This document shows, in pieces, positions 18,650 to 29,287 of a stretch of 64,000 nt of DNA (within the stretch, counting starts at the first letter, position 1; each line of letters begins with the position of its first letter). Below the pieces are notes generated by a model, which had not been told where the DNA came from, ran no database searches, and was given only the letters and a program-made list of their open reading frames with translations. A program made the translations under genes and the position numbers. The DNA is from Verrucomicrobiaceae bacterium (GTDB lineage Bacteria; Verrucomicrobiota; Verrucomicrobiia; Verrucomicrobiales; Akkermansiaceae), in contig JBPOGH010000004.1 in NCBI GenBank assembly GCA_051252135.1, positions 160,001 to 224,000 on the forward strand, given 5' to 3'.

Positions 18650-21466
18650 ATGTCCGCACCGTTTGTCCAACGTCACATCGGGTCCCCGAGCGACGGGCGA
18701 CAGGCCTTATTCGAAAAGGTTGGTTTTTCGGATTTGGATAGCCTGATTGCGGGGGTTGTTCCGGCGGAGATTTTTTGGAAGGAGGGGCCGGAGCTGCCGG
18801 GGGCGCTGACGGAGACGGAGGCACTGGGGCAGTTGAGGGGAACGCTTGGAAAGAACAAGGTTCTGAAGTCGTTTATCGGGCAGGGGTATTCGGGGACGAT
18901 TACGCCGCCGGTGATTCAGCGGAACATTCTGGAGAATCCGGGATGGTATACGGCTTATACGCCGTATCAGCCGGAGATTTCGCAGGGGCGGCTGGAAGCG
19001 TTGTTGAATTTTCAAACCCTGATCACGGAATTGACGGGGATGGACGTGGCGAACGCGTCGTTGCTGGATGAGGGGACGGCGGCGGCGGAGGCGATGAGCC
19101 TGGCGCTGACGATGAAGCCGAAGGGGACGGTGTTTTGGGTGGATGAGGAATGTCATCCGCAGACGATTGAGGTGGTGAAGACGCGGGCGGAGCCGTTGGG
19201 GATTGAGGTGAGGGTGGAGGATATTGATGACTTTACGGGTGATGAGGGGTTGATTGGGGCGTTGGTGCAGTATCCGTCGACGCTGGGCGAAGTACGAGAT
19301 TTCACGGAGTTCGCGGAGAAGGTGCATGAGGCGAAGGGGAAGCTCATTGTGGCGGCGGATCTGCTGGCGCTGATGCTGCTGAAGACGCCGGGTGAGATGG
19401 GGGCGGATATTTGTGTGGGGTCGAGTCAGCGCTTTGGGGTGCCGATGGGTTTTGGGGGTCCGCATGCGGCGTTTATTTCTTGTGTGGATGCCTTGAAGCG
19501 GAAGCTGCCGGGGCGGCTGGTGGGGGTGTCGATTGATTCGCAGGGGAATCCGGCTTACCGGCTGTCGCTGCAAACGCGGGAGCAGCATATCCGGCGGGAC
19601 AAGGCGACGTCGAACATCTGCACGGCGCAGGTGTTGTTGGCGGTGATGGCATCGATGTATGCGGTGTATCACGGTCCGGAAGGGTTGCTGGACATTGCGC
19701 TGGATACGGCGGACCGGATGCGGCGTTTGGTGGAGGGGTTGGAGGAGAAGAACTATGAGATCGTGACGGGATATTATTTCGACACGGTGACGGTGGATTG
19801 CGGGGAGAAGGCGGCGAAGGTGATCGCGGCAGCGGTGGAGCGGGGATACAACCTGCGGGACTTTGGGGATGGGTGTGTGGGGATCGCCTTTGATGAGACC
19901 ACGACGGAGCGTGATCTGCGGCAGATTTGCAAAGTGTTCGGGGTGAGGCCGGGAACCGGTGGCGGGTTGGGATTTCCGAAGGAGCTGTTGCGTAAGGGCG
20001 GGTATCTTTCGCAGGAGGTGTTTCATTCGTATCGGACGGAGACGGAGATGATGCGTTATTTGCATCGGTTGGAGGCGCGTGATTTGGCGTTGAATGAATC
20101 GATGATTCCGTTGGGGTCGTGCACGATGAAGTTGAATGCGGCGGCGGAGATGATGCCGGTGAGTTGGCCGGAGGTGTCGCAGCTGCATCCTTTTGTGCCG
20201 GAGGATCAGAGCGAGGGTTATCGCGAGATGTTGGGGGAGCTTTCGGATTGGCTGGCGAAGATCACGGGGTTTGCGGCGGTTTCGCTTCAGCCGAATGCGG
20301 GGTCGCAGGGTGAGTATGCGGGGTTGTTGGCGATCCGGTCGTATCATTTGGCCCGAGGCGACGAAGGGCGGAAGGTGTGTCTTATTCCGACATCGGCTCA
20401 CGGGACCAATCCGGCATCAGCGGTGATGGCGGGATTTCAGGTGGTGCCGGTGGGTTGTGATGAGGCGGGGAATATTGATGCGGTTGATCTGAAGGCGAAG
20501 ATTGAGGCGCACGGTGATGCGTTGGGTGCATTGATGATTACGTATCCTTCGACCCATGGAGTTTATGAGGAGGGGGTTCGGGAAATTTGTGCGGCGATTC
20601 ATGAGGCGGGCGGCCAGGTCTACATGGATGGGGCGAACATGAATGCGCAGGTGGGGGTGACGAGTCCGGGTCTGATTGGGGCGGACGTGTGTCATTTGAA
20701 TCTGCATAAGACGTTTTGCATTCCGCATGGAGGCGGAGGTCCGGGGGTGGGGCCGATCGGGGTGGCGGCGCACCTGGTGGAGTTTTTGCCGGGGCATGGT
20801 GCGTTGGCGGGGAGTGAGAACGTGGTGTGTTCGGCTCCGTGGGGGAGTGCGTCGATCAATGTGATTTCCTGGATGTATGTGGCGATGATGGGTGCGGAGG
20901 GATTGAAGGAGGCGACAGAGGTGGCGATTCTGAATGCCAACTACGTGGCGAAGCGGTTGGGTGAGGCGTATCCGATTCTTTACAAGGGGCGGAACGGATT
21001 GGTGGCTCACGAGTGCATCATTGATATTCGGCCGCTGACGAAAGAGAGCGGGGTGACGGTGGAGGATGTGGCGAAGCGCTTGATTGATTATGGTTTTCAC
21101 GCGCCGACGATGAGCTGGCCGGTGGCGGGGACGTTGATGATTGAGCCAACGGAGTCGGAGTCGATTGAAGAGCTGGATCGCTTTTGTGAGGCGATGTTGG
21201 CGATTTATGGCGAGATTCAGGAGATCATTTCAGGTGAGGCCGACCGGGAGGACCATGTTTTGCGCAATGCGCCGCATACGGCGGAGATGGTGATTCGGGA
21301 TGAGTGGGCGCATCCGTATTCGCGGGAGAAGGCGGCCTTTCCGGTGGCGCGATTAAGAAGGCACAAGTTCTGGCCAGTGGTGGGTCGGGTCGATAACGTC
21401 CACGGGGACAGGAACCTTGTGTGCACCTGCGATACCGTTGAGAATTATGCCCGACCTACCGAGTAA
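18650..21466 (+). CDS. gcvP: Glycine dehydrogenase (P protein)
   Basis: [49 protein letters not shown]. Confidence 0.98.
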   Translation: MSAPFVQRHIGSPSDGRQALFEKVGFSDLDSLIAGVVPAEIFWKEGPELPGALTETEALGQLRGTLGKNKVLKSFIGQGYSGTITPPVIQRNILENPGWYTAYTPYQPEISQGRLEALLNFQTLITELTGMDVANASLLDEGTAAAEAMSLALTMKPKGTVFWVDEECHPQTIEVVKTRAEPLGIEVRVEDIDDFTGDEGLIGALVQYPSTLGEVRDFTEFAEKVHEAKGKLIVAADLLALMLLKTPGEMGADICVGSSQRFGVPMGFGGPHAAFISCVDALKRKLPGRLVGVSIDSQGNPAYRLSLQTREQHIRRDKATSNICTAQVLLAVMASMYAVYHGPEGLLDIALDTADRMRRLVEGLEEKNYEIVTGYYFDTVTVDCGEKAAKVIAAAVERGYNLRDFGDGCVGIAFDETTTERDLRQICKVFGVRPGTGGGLGFPKELLRKGGYLSQEVFHSYRTETEMMRYLHRLEARDLALNESMIPLGSCTMKLNAAAEMMPVSWPEVSQLHPFVPEDQSEGYREMLGELSDWLAKITGFAAVSLQPNAGSQGEYAGLLAIRSYHLARGDEGRKVCLIPTSAHGTNPASAVMAGFQVVPVGCDEAGNIDAVDLKAKIEAHGDALGALMITYPSTHGVYEEGVREICAAIHEAGGQVYMDGANMNAQVGVTSPGLIGADVCHLNLHKTFCIPHGGGGPGVGPIGVAAHLVEFLPGHGALAGSENVVCSAPWGSASINVISWMYVAMMGAEGLKEATEVAILNANYVAKRLGEAYPILYKGRNGLVAHECIIDIRPLTKESGVTVEDVAKRLIDYGFHAPTMSWPVAGTLMIEPTESESIEELDRFCEAMLAIYGEIQEIISGEADREDHVLRNAPHTAEMVIRDEWAHPYSREKAAFPVARLRRHKFWPVVGRVDNVHGDRNLVCTCDTVENYARPTE

Positions 21467-21989
21467 CTTTTCCGTTCCCGAGTGGAAGACCTGGAAGCCT
21501 GAGATTGAAGCGACGCTTTTGTTTATTCACCAGGGAAGCCGGGTGCTTCTGATTGAGAAGCTGCGGGGCATCGGGGAGGGGAAGATCAACGGGCCGGGAG
21601 GAAAGATTGATCCGGGTGAGACGCCGCTGGAGTGCGCGGTGAGGGAGGTGCAGGAGGAGTTGCACATTACGGCGCTGGATCCGGTGAAGCGGGGGGAGCT
21701 TTGGTTTGTGATGTCCGATCTGCCGGACATTCACTGTCATGTTTATACCGCGACGAAGTACGAAGGGACTCCGACTGCGACGGATGAGGCGATTCCTTAC
21801 TGGTGCGAGATCGCGGATATTCCTTTCGACAAGATGTGGGAGGACGATTCCTACTGGTTGCGCGAGGCGCTGGAAGGGCAGACCTTTGATGCGCGGTTTC
21901 TTTTTGAGAATGAGAAGATTCTCTGGGACGAGGTGGTCTTCGGGGAGGAATCGGCGAAGCGGTGGCGGGATTTCGATTTACTTAGTTGA
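21447..21989 (+). CDS. NUDIX hydrolase (8-oxo-dGTPase-like)
   Basis: [21 protein letters not shown]udix box; [10 protein letters not shown]. Confidence 0.9.
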   Translation: MPDLPSNFSVPEWKTWKPEIEATLLFIHQGSRVLLIEKLRGIGEGKINGPGGKIDPGETPLECAVREVQEELHITALDPVKRGELWFVMSDLPDIHCHVYTATKYEGTPTATDEAIPYWCEIADIPFDKMWEDDSYWLREALEGQTFDARFLFENEKILWDEVVFGEESAKRWRDFDLLS

Positions 21990-22175
21990 ATTGAATTGGA
22001 ACCGCAGATGAACAGGATGGAGGGGATGGCTTGGTTGGGGGGAGAAGATTTTTCACCACAGAATGAGCGGAAGGAGCAGAAGCAGGTCGACCGCAGGGCA
22101 TAGGTCTACTTGGTTGAATTGGATTAGAACCGCAACCGGAACGGAGTGGATCCGGAGTGAGGTGGAGATGGTCTC

Positions 22176-22985
22176 TTAGAATGACCAGTTGGCGAGGGCG
22201 GCGCGAAGCTGGTCCCGGTGGTCTCCATTGAAGGGCTCGTGGAGGGCGTCGGGGATTTCGCAGTAGGTGACTTTTCCGGAGGGGAGTTTGTCGAGTTGTT
22301 GACGGAGGAGTTCGGGAGGGCAGATGGGGTCGGCTCCGCCCTGGGTGAAGAGGGCAGGGCGGTCGGTGGGAAGGGAGAGGAAGGCTTGTTGGACTTCGTT
22401 GGCAGCGTTGATGAGATCGAGGGCCCAGCCGAGGGAAATTTTGCTGTGGTAGAGGGATTCTTCTGACGATGGAGTGTCGTTTGAGACGGGGCGGCATTGT
22501 TCGGCTTTGACTCCGGTGGACCAGGTGATCCAGGGGAAGAGGCGGGCGACGAGGGGGAGGATGGTGCGCATCCAGGGGGTGCCTTGGCGGGCGGGGTCGA
22601 GGATGGGGGAGCTGAACCAGGCGAAGGCGAAGTGATCCGGGTTTTGCAGGTAGGCTCTGAGGGCGAGGAGTCCGCCCATGGAGTGGCCGGCGATGCCGAC
22701 GGGGCCAGAGACGTTTTCGAGGGTGTTGGCGAGGAGGGAGTCGACGAAGGGGAAGCCGGGGATGTGTCCTCTTTTCCCGGGGGATTGGCCGTGGCCGGGG
22801 AGGTCGATGAGGATGCAGGTGACGCCTTTTTCAACGAAGATTTCGAGGGTGTCGGGGTAGCGGTCGATGAAATCGCCTTGGCCGTGGAAGAAGACGAGGG
22901 TGGCTTTTGACGTGCCCTCGGGGCGGAGGATCAGGCGGTGGAGATGATAGCCGAGGTGGCAGACGGTGGTTTGCTCAAGGATCAT
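22176..22985 (-). CDS. Alpha/beta hydrolase (lysophospholipase-like)
   Basis: FHGQG, DLPGHG, GHSMGG, HE motifs. Confidence 0.9.
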   Translation of the reverse strand: MILEQTTVCHLGYHLHRLILRPEGTSKATLVFFHGQGDFIDRYPDTLEIFVEKGVTCILIDLPGHGQSPGKRGHIPGFPFVDSLLANTLENVSGPVGIAGHSMGGLLALRAYLQNPDHFAFAWFSSPILDPARQGTPWMRTILPLVARLFPWITWSTGVKAEQCRPVSNDTPSSEESLYHSKISLGWALDLINAANEVQQAFLSLPTDRPALFTQGGADPICPPELLRQQLDKLPSGKVTYCEIPDALHEPFNGDHRDQLRAALANWSF

Positions 22986-23812
22986 CGCGGGATGGTCAGC
23001 ATGAGTTCTTCGACGAGGGTGGCGTCCTCAGGGCGGTTGGCCTTGGAGAAGGATAGGTGGAGGTTGGCGAGGACGCGGCGGAGCATGTCGGTGAGGGTGC
23101 AGGGTTGCTTGAGTGCTGCGCGGGCTTCTTTAGAAATCTCGGGGTGATCCTTGAGGAGCATGCGGACGGGAGTGACGCGGCCGCTGTGGAAGGGGTCGAT
23201 GAGGGTGGGGACGCCATCGTGTGAGATGAAGGCGAGGAAGTGGCCGGGGTAGTTGCAGCCGAAGATGGGGAGTTCGAGGCGTTGGCCGACGAGCATGTAG
23301 ATGAGGCAAAGGCCGAGGGGGTTGCTTTCGCCCTGGTCGATGCACCAGGCGAGGTCGGAGTTGAGGATGTTGAAGGGGGTGAGGCGGTTGCCGACGAGCT
23401 TGTTGCTTTTGAAGAGGTGTTCGGCGAGTTCCATGGGGGTGGAGACGGTGGGGCGGGCGGCGTCGGCGAGTAGGTCGAGCTCGTCGGAGAGGGACTGGCG
23501 GATGGTGACGCCATCGTGAAGGAAATCGGAGAGGAGGCGGAGGAGGCCTTCGAGTGATTCCCAGTCGCCATCGATGGCATCGAGCCGGGTGCTGGGGAAC
23601 GCCCACTCGTCGCGAAGGATTTTTTGGCGACCGGGGTGGAGGGCTTGAGAGAGGAGGCGGGCTTGCTTGGGCTTGAGGCGGAGGCCGGCGGCGGCGAGGG
23701 CATCGGAGGCGTCGCCATTGAAATCGAGAAGGGCGGTTTCGACAGCCTGCTGGACTTCCTCGTTCTCGTCATCGAGGAGGGCAATGAGGGAGTTGATCCG
23801 GGCGACAGGCAT
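22982..23812 (-). CDS. SirB1/transglutaminase-like family protein
   Basis: PLGLCLIYMLVGQRL, GCNYPGHFL, IDPF, RRVLANL; start MPVAR at 23812. Confidence 0.8.
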   Translation of the reverse strand: MPVARINSLIALLDDENEEVQQAVETALLDFNGDASDALAAAGLRLKPKQARLLSQALHPGRQKILRDEWAFPSTRLDAIDGDWESLEGLLRLLSDFLHDGVTIRQSLSDELDLLADAARPTVSTPMELAEHLFKSNKLVGNRLTPFNILNSDLAWCIDQGESNPLGLCLIYMLVGQRLELPIFGCNYPGHFLAFISHDGVPTLIDPFHSGRVTPVRMLLKDHPEISKEARAALKQPCTLTDMLRRVLANLHLSFSKANRPEDATLVEELMLTIPR

Positions 23813-23880
23813 GGGAGGGGTGAAGGCGTGGCAAAGGATAGAGCGAGAGTGGGGGATTTGCAAAGGGGGATCGCGGGGAT

Positions 23881-23912
23881 AAAAAAAAGGGCTGCAGAAA
23901 TCTGCAGCCCTT
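23881..23912 (-). terminator. Rho-independent terminator after tRNA-Val
   Basis: AAGGGCTGCAGA-AA-TCTGCAGCCCTT hairpin plus A-run (U-tract on the - strand). Confidence 0.8.
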
Positions 23913-23923
23913 CGGGAAAGAGA

Positions 23924-23998
23924 TGGTGCTCGACGCTGGATTTGAACCAGCGACCCCCACAATGTCAATGTGGTGCTCTACCCCTGAGCTAGCCGAGC
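23924..23998 (-). tRNA. tRNA-Val(GAC)
   Basis: GCTCGGCTAGCTCAGGGGTAGAGCACCACATTGACATTGTGGGGGTCGCTGGTTCAAATCCAGCGTCGAGCACCA. Confidence 0.97.
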
Positions 23999-24151
23999 GT
24001 TTTTTGAGGTGGGCGGAGGCTAGGAGTGATCGGCGGGGCTGGCAACCCAAAATTTTGAGGAATCTTGTTGTGGGGCGGGGTGTTTGGGGTTGGGAGATGC
24101 TTTTGGGCTTTTTCCCTTCTCTCGGGGGGATTCTGCTGCGAGCTTTTTGCG

Positions 24152-25303
24152 ATGAAACTTTTGATCCCTTTCTTTGCTCTCTCGATGGGTGTGGCGCAGG
24201 CCTACAAGCCGACGACGATCACGACAGGAACCCAGGCTCCTGATTTTTCGCTGAAGGCGACGGACGGGAAGAGGTATACCTTGAAGGATTTTTCGGGAGG
24301 GAAGGCGCTGGCGGTGATTTTTACGACGAACCATTGTCCGGATGCGATCACGTCGCATGACCGGATGGTGGCGTTGGTGGATCATTTTGAGGGCAAGGAG
24401 GTGAAGTTTGTGGCGATCAACAGCAATTCTCCGGAGGGTCTGCATCCGCCGGAGTTGGGGTGGACGATTTATGATGATGGGTTCGAGGACATGGTGCGGA
24501 TTGCGAAGGATCAGAAATTCAATCTGCCTTATCTTTATGACGGGGAGACGCAGGAAGTGGCGAAGGCCTACGGGGCGGTGGCGACTCCGCACGTGTTTGT
24601 TTTCGATGGTGACCTGAAGCTGCGTTACGACGGGCGGATGGATAACGGTCGGCGGAGGGTGGGACCGGTGGAGAAGAACGAGGCGCGGGATGCGATTGAG
24701 GCGATCTTGGCGGGGAAGGAGCCGGCGGTGACGAAGACGCGTCCGGCGGGGTGTTCGACGAAGTGGAAGGAGAAGGCGGGGATGGTGGCCGATGAGGACC
24801 GGAAGTGGAAGGAGCAGCCGGTGACGGTGGAGCTGACGAAGGCGGCGGCGCTGCAGAAGCTGGTGGCGAACAAGGGGCGGACGGGGATGAGGTTGTTTAA
24901 TATTTGGTCGACGAGTTGTGGTCCTTGCGTGGCGGAGTTTCCGGATTTGGCGGCGATTTACCGGCAGTACTGCTGGCAGGAGTTTGAGTTTGTGACGATC
25001 AGTCTGGACCCGCCGGGGGACCTGGAGAAGGTGACGAAATTTCTGAAGCGCAATCAGGCGGGGTTGTCTCCGAAGACGAAGCCGTTGCTTGAGGAGGAAG
25101 GGCGGAAGACGAACCATTTCATCCTGGATGATGATACCGAGGAGATGGCGAAGGCGATTGATGCGGAATGGGATGGCGGGATGCCGTATACCTTTTTGGT
25201 AGGGCCGGAGGGGGAGGTTCTCTATCGGCACTCGGGTCAGATTGATCCGGTGGAGCTGAAGAAGGCGATTGTGAAACAGGTTTGGGCGAGCAACGCGGAG
25301 TAG
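24152..25303 (+). CDS. Secreted double redoxin/thioredoxin-fold protein
   Basis: APDFSL...NHCPD domain followed by a WSTSCGPCVAEFP domain. Confidence 0.88.
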   Translation: MKLLIPFFALSMGVAQAYKPTTITTGTQAPDFSLKATDGKRYTLKDFSGGKALAVIFTTNHCPDAITSHDRMVALVDHFEGKEVKFVAINSNSPEGLHPPELGWTIYDDGFEDMVRIAKDQKFNLPYLYDGETQEVAKAYGAVATPHVFVFDGDLKLRYDGRMDNGRRRVGPVEKNEARDAIEAILAGKEPAVTKTRPAGCSTKWKEKAGMVADEDRKWKEQPVTVELTKAAALQKLVANKGRTGMRLFNIWSTSCGPCVAEFPDLAAIYRQYCWQEFEFVTISLDPPGDLEKVTKFLKRNQAGLSPKTKPLLEEEGRKTNHFILDDDTEEMAKAIDAEWDGGMPYTFLVGPEGEVLYRHSGQIDPVELKKAIVKQVWASNAE

Positions 25304-25311
25304 AAAAAACG

Positions 25312-25854
25312 ATGCACGACGATATTGAAAAAATACTGGTCGCCGAGGAGGTGATCGAGAAGCGGCTGGATGTGATTGCAGAGCGCATCACGGAGGACTT
25401 CCGGCATGAGGAGACGCTGCAGGTGGTGGCGATTTTGAAGGGGGCGTTGGTGTTTATGGCGGACCTGCTGCGGCGGGTGCCGCTGAAACTGGAGATCGAG
25501 TGCCTGAACGTGGCGAGCTACCACGGGGGGACGGAGTCGTCGGGGAAGGTGGACTTTTTGGATCACAAGCTTCCGGAGGTGAAGGGGCACACGGTGTTGT
25601 TGCTGGATGATATTCTGGATACGGGACGGACGCTGCAGGCGGTGTCGGCGAAGTTGCTGGAGATGGGGGCGAAGGAGGTGAAGACCTGCGTGCTGCTGTC
25701 GAAGGACAAGGTGCGGGCGGCGGATGTGGAGGCGGATTATTCGGCCTTCGAGATTGGTGATGAGTTTGTGGTGGGCTACGGGTTGGACTACGACGGGAAG
25801 TATCGCAATTTGCCGTATGTGGGGGTGCTGAGTCCGAAGGTTTTTGAGTCATGA
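25312..25854 (+). CDS. hpt: Hypoxanthine phosphoribosyltransferase
   Basis: LKGALVFMADL, LLDDILDTGRTL, FVVGYGLDY..KYRNLPY. Confidence 0.96.
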   Translation: MHDDIEKILVAEEVIEKRLDVIAERITEDFRHEETLQVVAILKGALVFMADLLRRVPLKLEIECLNVASYHGGTESSGKVDFLDHKLPEVKGHTVLLLDDILDTGRTLQAVSAKLLEMGAKEVKTCVLLSKDKVRAADVEADYSAFEIGDEFVVGYGLDYDGKYRNLPYVGVLSPKVFES

Positions 25855-26999
25855 AGTGTTCGATTGTGCGCGAGTTGGACTCGCTGGATGCGTTGATGCG
25901 CCAGCAGGGTCAGTTGAACTGTGCGGTGGTGCAGGGGCTTGATCTGACGAAGGCGGATCTGAACTGGAACGCGGTGTCGTGCGACGGTGCGATTTTTCTG
26001 GGGTGTTCGTTTCCGAAGGAAGTATCGGTTTGTGATTTGGCGGAGAAGGGGGCGATGGTGTTTCCGGCGTTTGCGGGATTGCCGTATAATTCGTATCGCT
26101 CGCGCCTTTATACGCGGGAGGAGCTGATGGAGGGATGGACGCCGGATTTTGACGGGAGTCTGGATAGGCAGATCTACGATCATTTTGTGGCGCACGGGAA
26201 GAAGAGTCCGGACATTGTGGAGGCTTTGGCGGAGCGGTTGCACGATCATGCGGTGGATGATGCGATGACGGATCTTTTGGAAGGTCGGGTGGAGGGGGAT
26301 GGCCGCAAGAAGGTGGTGGCGGTGATGGGCGGGCACGGGACGAGCCGGGCGGATGTGTGGTTTCGCAAGGTGGCGCATCTGACGCGGGCACTGACGCGCG
26401 AGGGATACTTTATTGCGACGGGCGGTGGCCCGGGGATGATGGAGGCGGGGAATCTGGGGGCGTATTTGGCGCGGGCGAGTGTGAAGGAGCTGGATGAGGT
26501 GCTGGATGATCTGGCGAGTGCTCCGGTTTATACGAGCGAGGGCTACATCGAGGCGGCGCAGCGGGTGATTGACCGGTTTCCGACGGGGCAGGCGAGTCTG
26601 GCGGTGCCGACGTGGTTCTACGGGCACGAGCCGACGAACATGTTTTCGCGTTATGTGGCGAAGTATTTTTCCAACAGCATTCGGGAGGATGGGTTGCTGG
26701 CGATTGCGCGGCACGGGATTGTCTTTTCACCGGGGAGTGCGGGGACGACGCAGGAGATTTTTCAGGATGCGACGCAGAATCATTACGCGACCTTTGGGGA
26801 CATCAGTCCGATGGTGTTTTTCAGCCGGGAGCGTTACACGAAGGAGTCGCAGATTTGGTTGTGCATCTCGCAGTTGGCGGAGGGGCGGGATTATGAGCGT
26901 TACCTTTGCCTAACCGACGAGGTGGAGGAGGCGGTGACGTTTATCAAGGAGCATCCGCCGGTGGAGAGCAACGGGTTGGCTCCTGCGGAGGTGGGATAA
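25851..26999 (+). CDS. LOG-family (Rossmann-fold nucleotide hydrolase-like) protein
   Basis: TGGGPGMMEAGN, PTWFYGHEP, PGSAGTTQEIF. Confidence 0.85.
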   Translation: MKCSIVRELDSLDALMRQQGQLNCAVVQGLDLTKADLNWNAVSCDGAIFLGCSFPKEVSVCDLAEKGAMVFPAFAGLPYNSYRSRLYTREELMEGWTPDFDGSLDRQIYDHFVAHGKKSPDIVEALAERLHDHAVDDAMTDLLEGRVEGDGRKKVVAVMGGHGTSRADVWFRKVAHLTRALTREGYFIATGGGPGMMEAGNLGAYLARASVKELDEVLDDLASAPVYTSEGYIEAAQRVIDRFPTGQASLAVPTWFYGHEPTNMFSRYVAKYFSNSIREDGLLAIARHGIVFSPGSAGTTQEIFQDATQNHYATFGDISPMVFFSRERYTKESQIWLCISQLAEGRDYERYLCLTDEVEEAVTFIKEHPPVESNGLAPAEVG

Positions 27000-27073
27000 A
27001 AGAAAGGGCGGCGACCACCCGGTCACCGCCCTCGTGATCTTCTCAGATCACACACACACTCACTCTTGGAGAT

Positions 27074-27412
27074 TTAATTGGCCAAGATATCGATCCTACG
27101 TGGAGCAAGCTCCTGGCGTTTCACCAATTTGAGGGTGAGGACACCATTTTGGTGGGTTGCTTCGATCTTTGAGGGATCGAGGTCGTCATTGAGCTTCACC
27201 TGGAGTTGGTAGTCGCGGTCCTCCTCGCCGCCATCGAAGCGGCGTTCAGCGGTGAGGTTGAGGAGTCGATCCTCGACGTTGACGCTGAGGTTTTCGCGAG
27301 CCACGCCGGGGAGGAGGATGGAGAGTTCCAGTCCGTTCCCGTTGACGTTGGTGCGGAAGCGTGGGCGCTCGACAGGATATACTTTTTGTGGGGTATCGTT
27401 ATTTTCAGACAT
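27074..27412 (-). CDS. Hsp20/alpha-crystallin family protein
   Basis: LPGV, IEATHQNGVLTLKL, PRRI. Confidence 0.9.
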   Translation of the reverse strand: MSENNDTPQKVYPVERPRFRTNVNGNGLELSILLPGVARENLSVNVEDRLLNLTAERRFDGGEEDRDYQLQVKLNDDLDPSKIEATHQNGVLTLKLVKRQELAPRRIDILAN

Positions 27413-27424
27413 GGTTTTCAGGGG

Positions 27425-27808
27425 TTAGGCGATATTGATGATACGGGTTTCGGGGGTCTCGGGCTCCGTTTTAGGGAAGGTGAGTTCGAGGATGCCATTT
27501 TCGAGTTTGGCGGTGATTCCGTCCTGGGCAACGGTCTCGGGCAGGGAGAGGGAGCGCTCGTAGGAGAGGTCCTGATCCTTGCTTTCAGCCTTCACGGTCA
27601 AGGTGTCCTCGGTCACCGAGAGGGTGACTTCATCCTTGTTGAAGCCGGGGATTTCGAGTCGGAGCCGGTAGGCTTCGTCGTCCTCGTAGCGGTAGGCTCC
27701 CGGTGCGCGGGTGGCAGGTGAGGGGCCGAAGCTGCGGAGGGTTTGACTGAGGAAGTCGTCGAGGTTTCCGAAGATTCTGTTGGTCATTGGATTGGATAGA
27801 TTGGTCAT
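27425..27808 (-). CDS. Hsp20/alpha-crystallin family protein
   Basis: EIPGF, YERSLSLP, AKLENGILELTFPK. Confidence 0.93.
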   Translation of the reverse strand: MTNLSNPMTNRIFGNLDDFLSQTLRSFGPSPATRAPGAYRYEDDEAYRLRLEIPGFNKDEVTLSVTEDTLTVKAESKDQDLSYERSLSLPETVAQDGITAKLENGILELTFPKTEPETPETRIINIA

Positions 27809-27845
27809 ATTCTTGGTTGTTTTTGGTTAACGTCTTCTTCCTATG

Positions 27846-27860
27846 GCAGGAAGCGGGCCA
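27846..27860 (-). promoter_or_regulatory. Sigma54-type -24/-12 promoter of the Hsp20 pair
   Basis: TGGCCCGCTTCCTGC on the - strand (GG-N10-GC). Confidence 0.6.
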
Positions 27861-27992
27861 AGCGTGAAAACAACGTAACTGCGGGGCTTGCAGGATGTTT
27901 TTGGGTGTTCTCCTAGCAAGAAGACGACACAAAATGACGCGTGTTGTGTCAGCTTGTCACACGCTTATGACACGGCAGGAGCCGGGGGGGGA

Positions 27993-28631
27993 TTAGGTCC
28001 GGGAAGCGAGGAGGGCTTCGGAGAGTTCGGCGATCGTACGGATGGGTGGCCAGCCATGGGGAAATCCGTATCCCCAGTTGACGATGAAGGGTTGCATGCC
28101 GGCGTTTTGGGCGGTGGCGAGGTCGACATCGGAATCGCCGACGTAGGCGATTTCATGCGGGGAGACGTTCCAATCGGATGCGATTTGGAGGGACTTGGCG
28201 GGGTCGGGTTTTTTGGGGAAGGAATCCTGGTGGCCGTAGATGCCGTCGAAGAGAGAGGCGTCGAAGAGTTCTTCGATGATTTGGACGGTGAAGGGGTGGG
28301 GTTTATTGGAGAGGACTCCGAGGGTGAATCCGGCTTGCTTGAGGGTCTTGAGGAGTTCGGGGATGCCGGGGAAGATGAGAGTGCCGGTGGGCCAGGTGTC
28401 CTGGTAGTGATTTTGGAATCCGGCGAGGATGAGGGGGCCGAGTTCATCCTTGCGGTCACCGAGTGCTTTGTCGGCGAGGGCGGCGGCGCCATTTCCGATG
28501 AATCCGGTGACTTCTTTTTGGGAATAGGGAGGGAGGCCCTGTTCTTCGAGGGCGCGGTTGAGAGCGAGGGTGATTCCGGGGAGGGAATCGACGAGAGTGC
28601 CATCGAGATCAAAGAGAACGCCGTGAATCAT
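27993..28631 (-). CDS. HAD hydrolase (phosphoglycolate phosphatase-like)
   Basis: FDLDGTLVDS, SNK, KKPDP, YVGDSDVD; start at 28631. Confidence 0.92.
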   Translation of the reverse strand: MIHGVLFDLDGTLVDSLPGITLALNRALEEQGLPPYSQKEVTGFIGNGAAALADKALGDRKDELGPLILAGFQNHYQDTWPTGTLIFPGIPELLKTLKQAGFTLGVLSNKPHPFTVQIIEELFDASLFDGIYGHQDSFPKKPDPAKSLQIASDWNVSPHEIAYVGDSDVDLATAQNAGMQPFIVNWGYGFPHGWPPIRTIAELSEALLASRT

Positions 28632-28715
28632 GGAGGGGGGATAGACTGAAATTTGGTGGTCTGCACGGCAGAAAGTTTGACAGGATGATGGGCATTCATC
28701 AGTAATTCCTGTGAC

Positions 28716-29135
28716 ATGATGAATATTCCATTCAAGACCCTCGCCCTTGCCGCTGTACTTGGTTTTACGCCAATCAGTTCGATTTATGCCGATGATACTC
28801 CGCTTGCCGAGCAAATGGAGGAGTTGAGCGGTTCATTGAAGCGTTTGCGCCGGGCAGAGACGGTGCAGGAGAAAGTGGACCTGATTCACGCGGCACAGGC
28901 GGCGGTGATCAAGGGGCTTGAGTATCTTCCTGCAAGTTTTAAGGACATCAAGGATGCCAAGGAGTTGGCCAAGTCGACTGCGGGTTACAAGCAGATGACG
29001 GGTCAGAGTTATGTGCTTCTTTGTCAGCTGGAGTTGGCTGTCCTCGCCGAGGATGAGGCACAGTATGACGAGGTGATGGACAAGCTCAAGGATGCCAAGA
29101 AAGAGGGTCACAAGGCCTACAAGGCGGAAGAGTAA
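28716..29135 (+). CDS. Secreted four-helix protein, cytochrome b562-like
   Basis: Signal peptide; Met near the mature N-terminus (LAEQM) and C-terminal EGHKAYK. Confidence 0.6.
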   Translation: MMNIPFKTLALAAVLGFTPISSIYADDTPLAEQMEELSGSLKRLRRAETVQEKVDLIHAAQAAVIKGLEYLPASFKDIKDAKELAKSTAGYKQMTGQSYVLLCQLELAVLAEDEAQYDEVMDKLKDAKKEGHKAYKAEE

Positions 29136-29287
29136 GATGTTCGTCCGGTTTTTGAGGCCGGAGCGATTTTAAGGGAACGTCCGGGCCGATGGGTCCGGGC
29201 GTTTTTTTTGGTTGGTGGGCGGGGGAGACGAAAAAGCGCACGACCAGAATGGTGCGTGCGCTTTGGAGGGATTGATCGGATCAGTGA

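Noticed and set aside
23924..23998. tRNA-anchored genomic island (also considered for tRNA-Leu at 51834)
   Set aside because: No integrase, no duplicated tRNA 3' end seen, and flanks are host-like
27045..27065. (CA)n microsatellite as a phase-variation switch
   Set aside because: Short, and located in the hsp20 3' UTR next to a terminator
27809..27990. CIRCE operator upstream of hsp20
   Set aside because: No TTAGCACTC-N9-GAGTGCTAA
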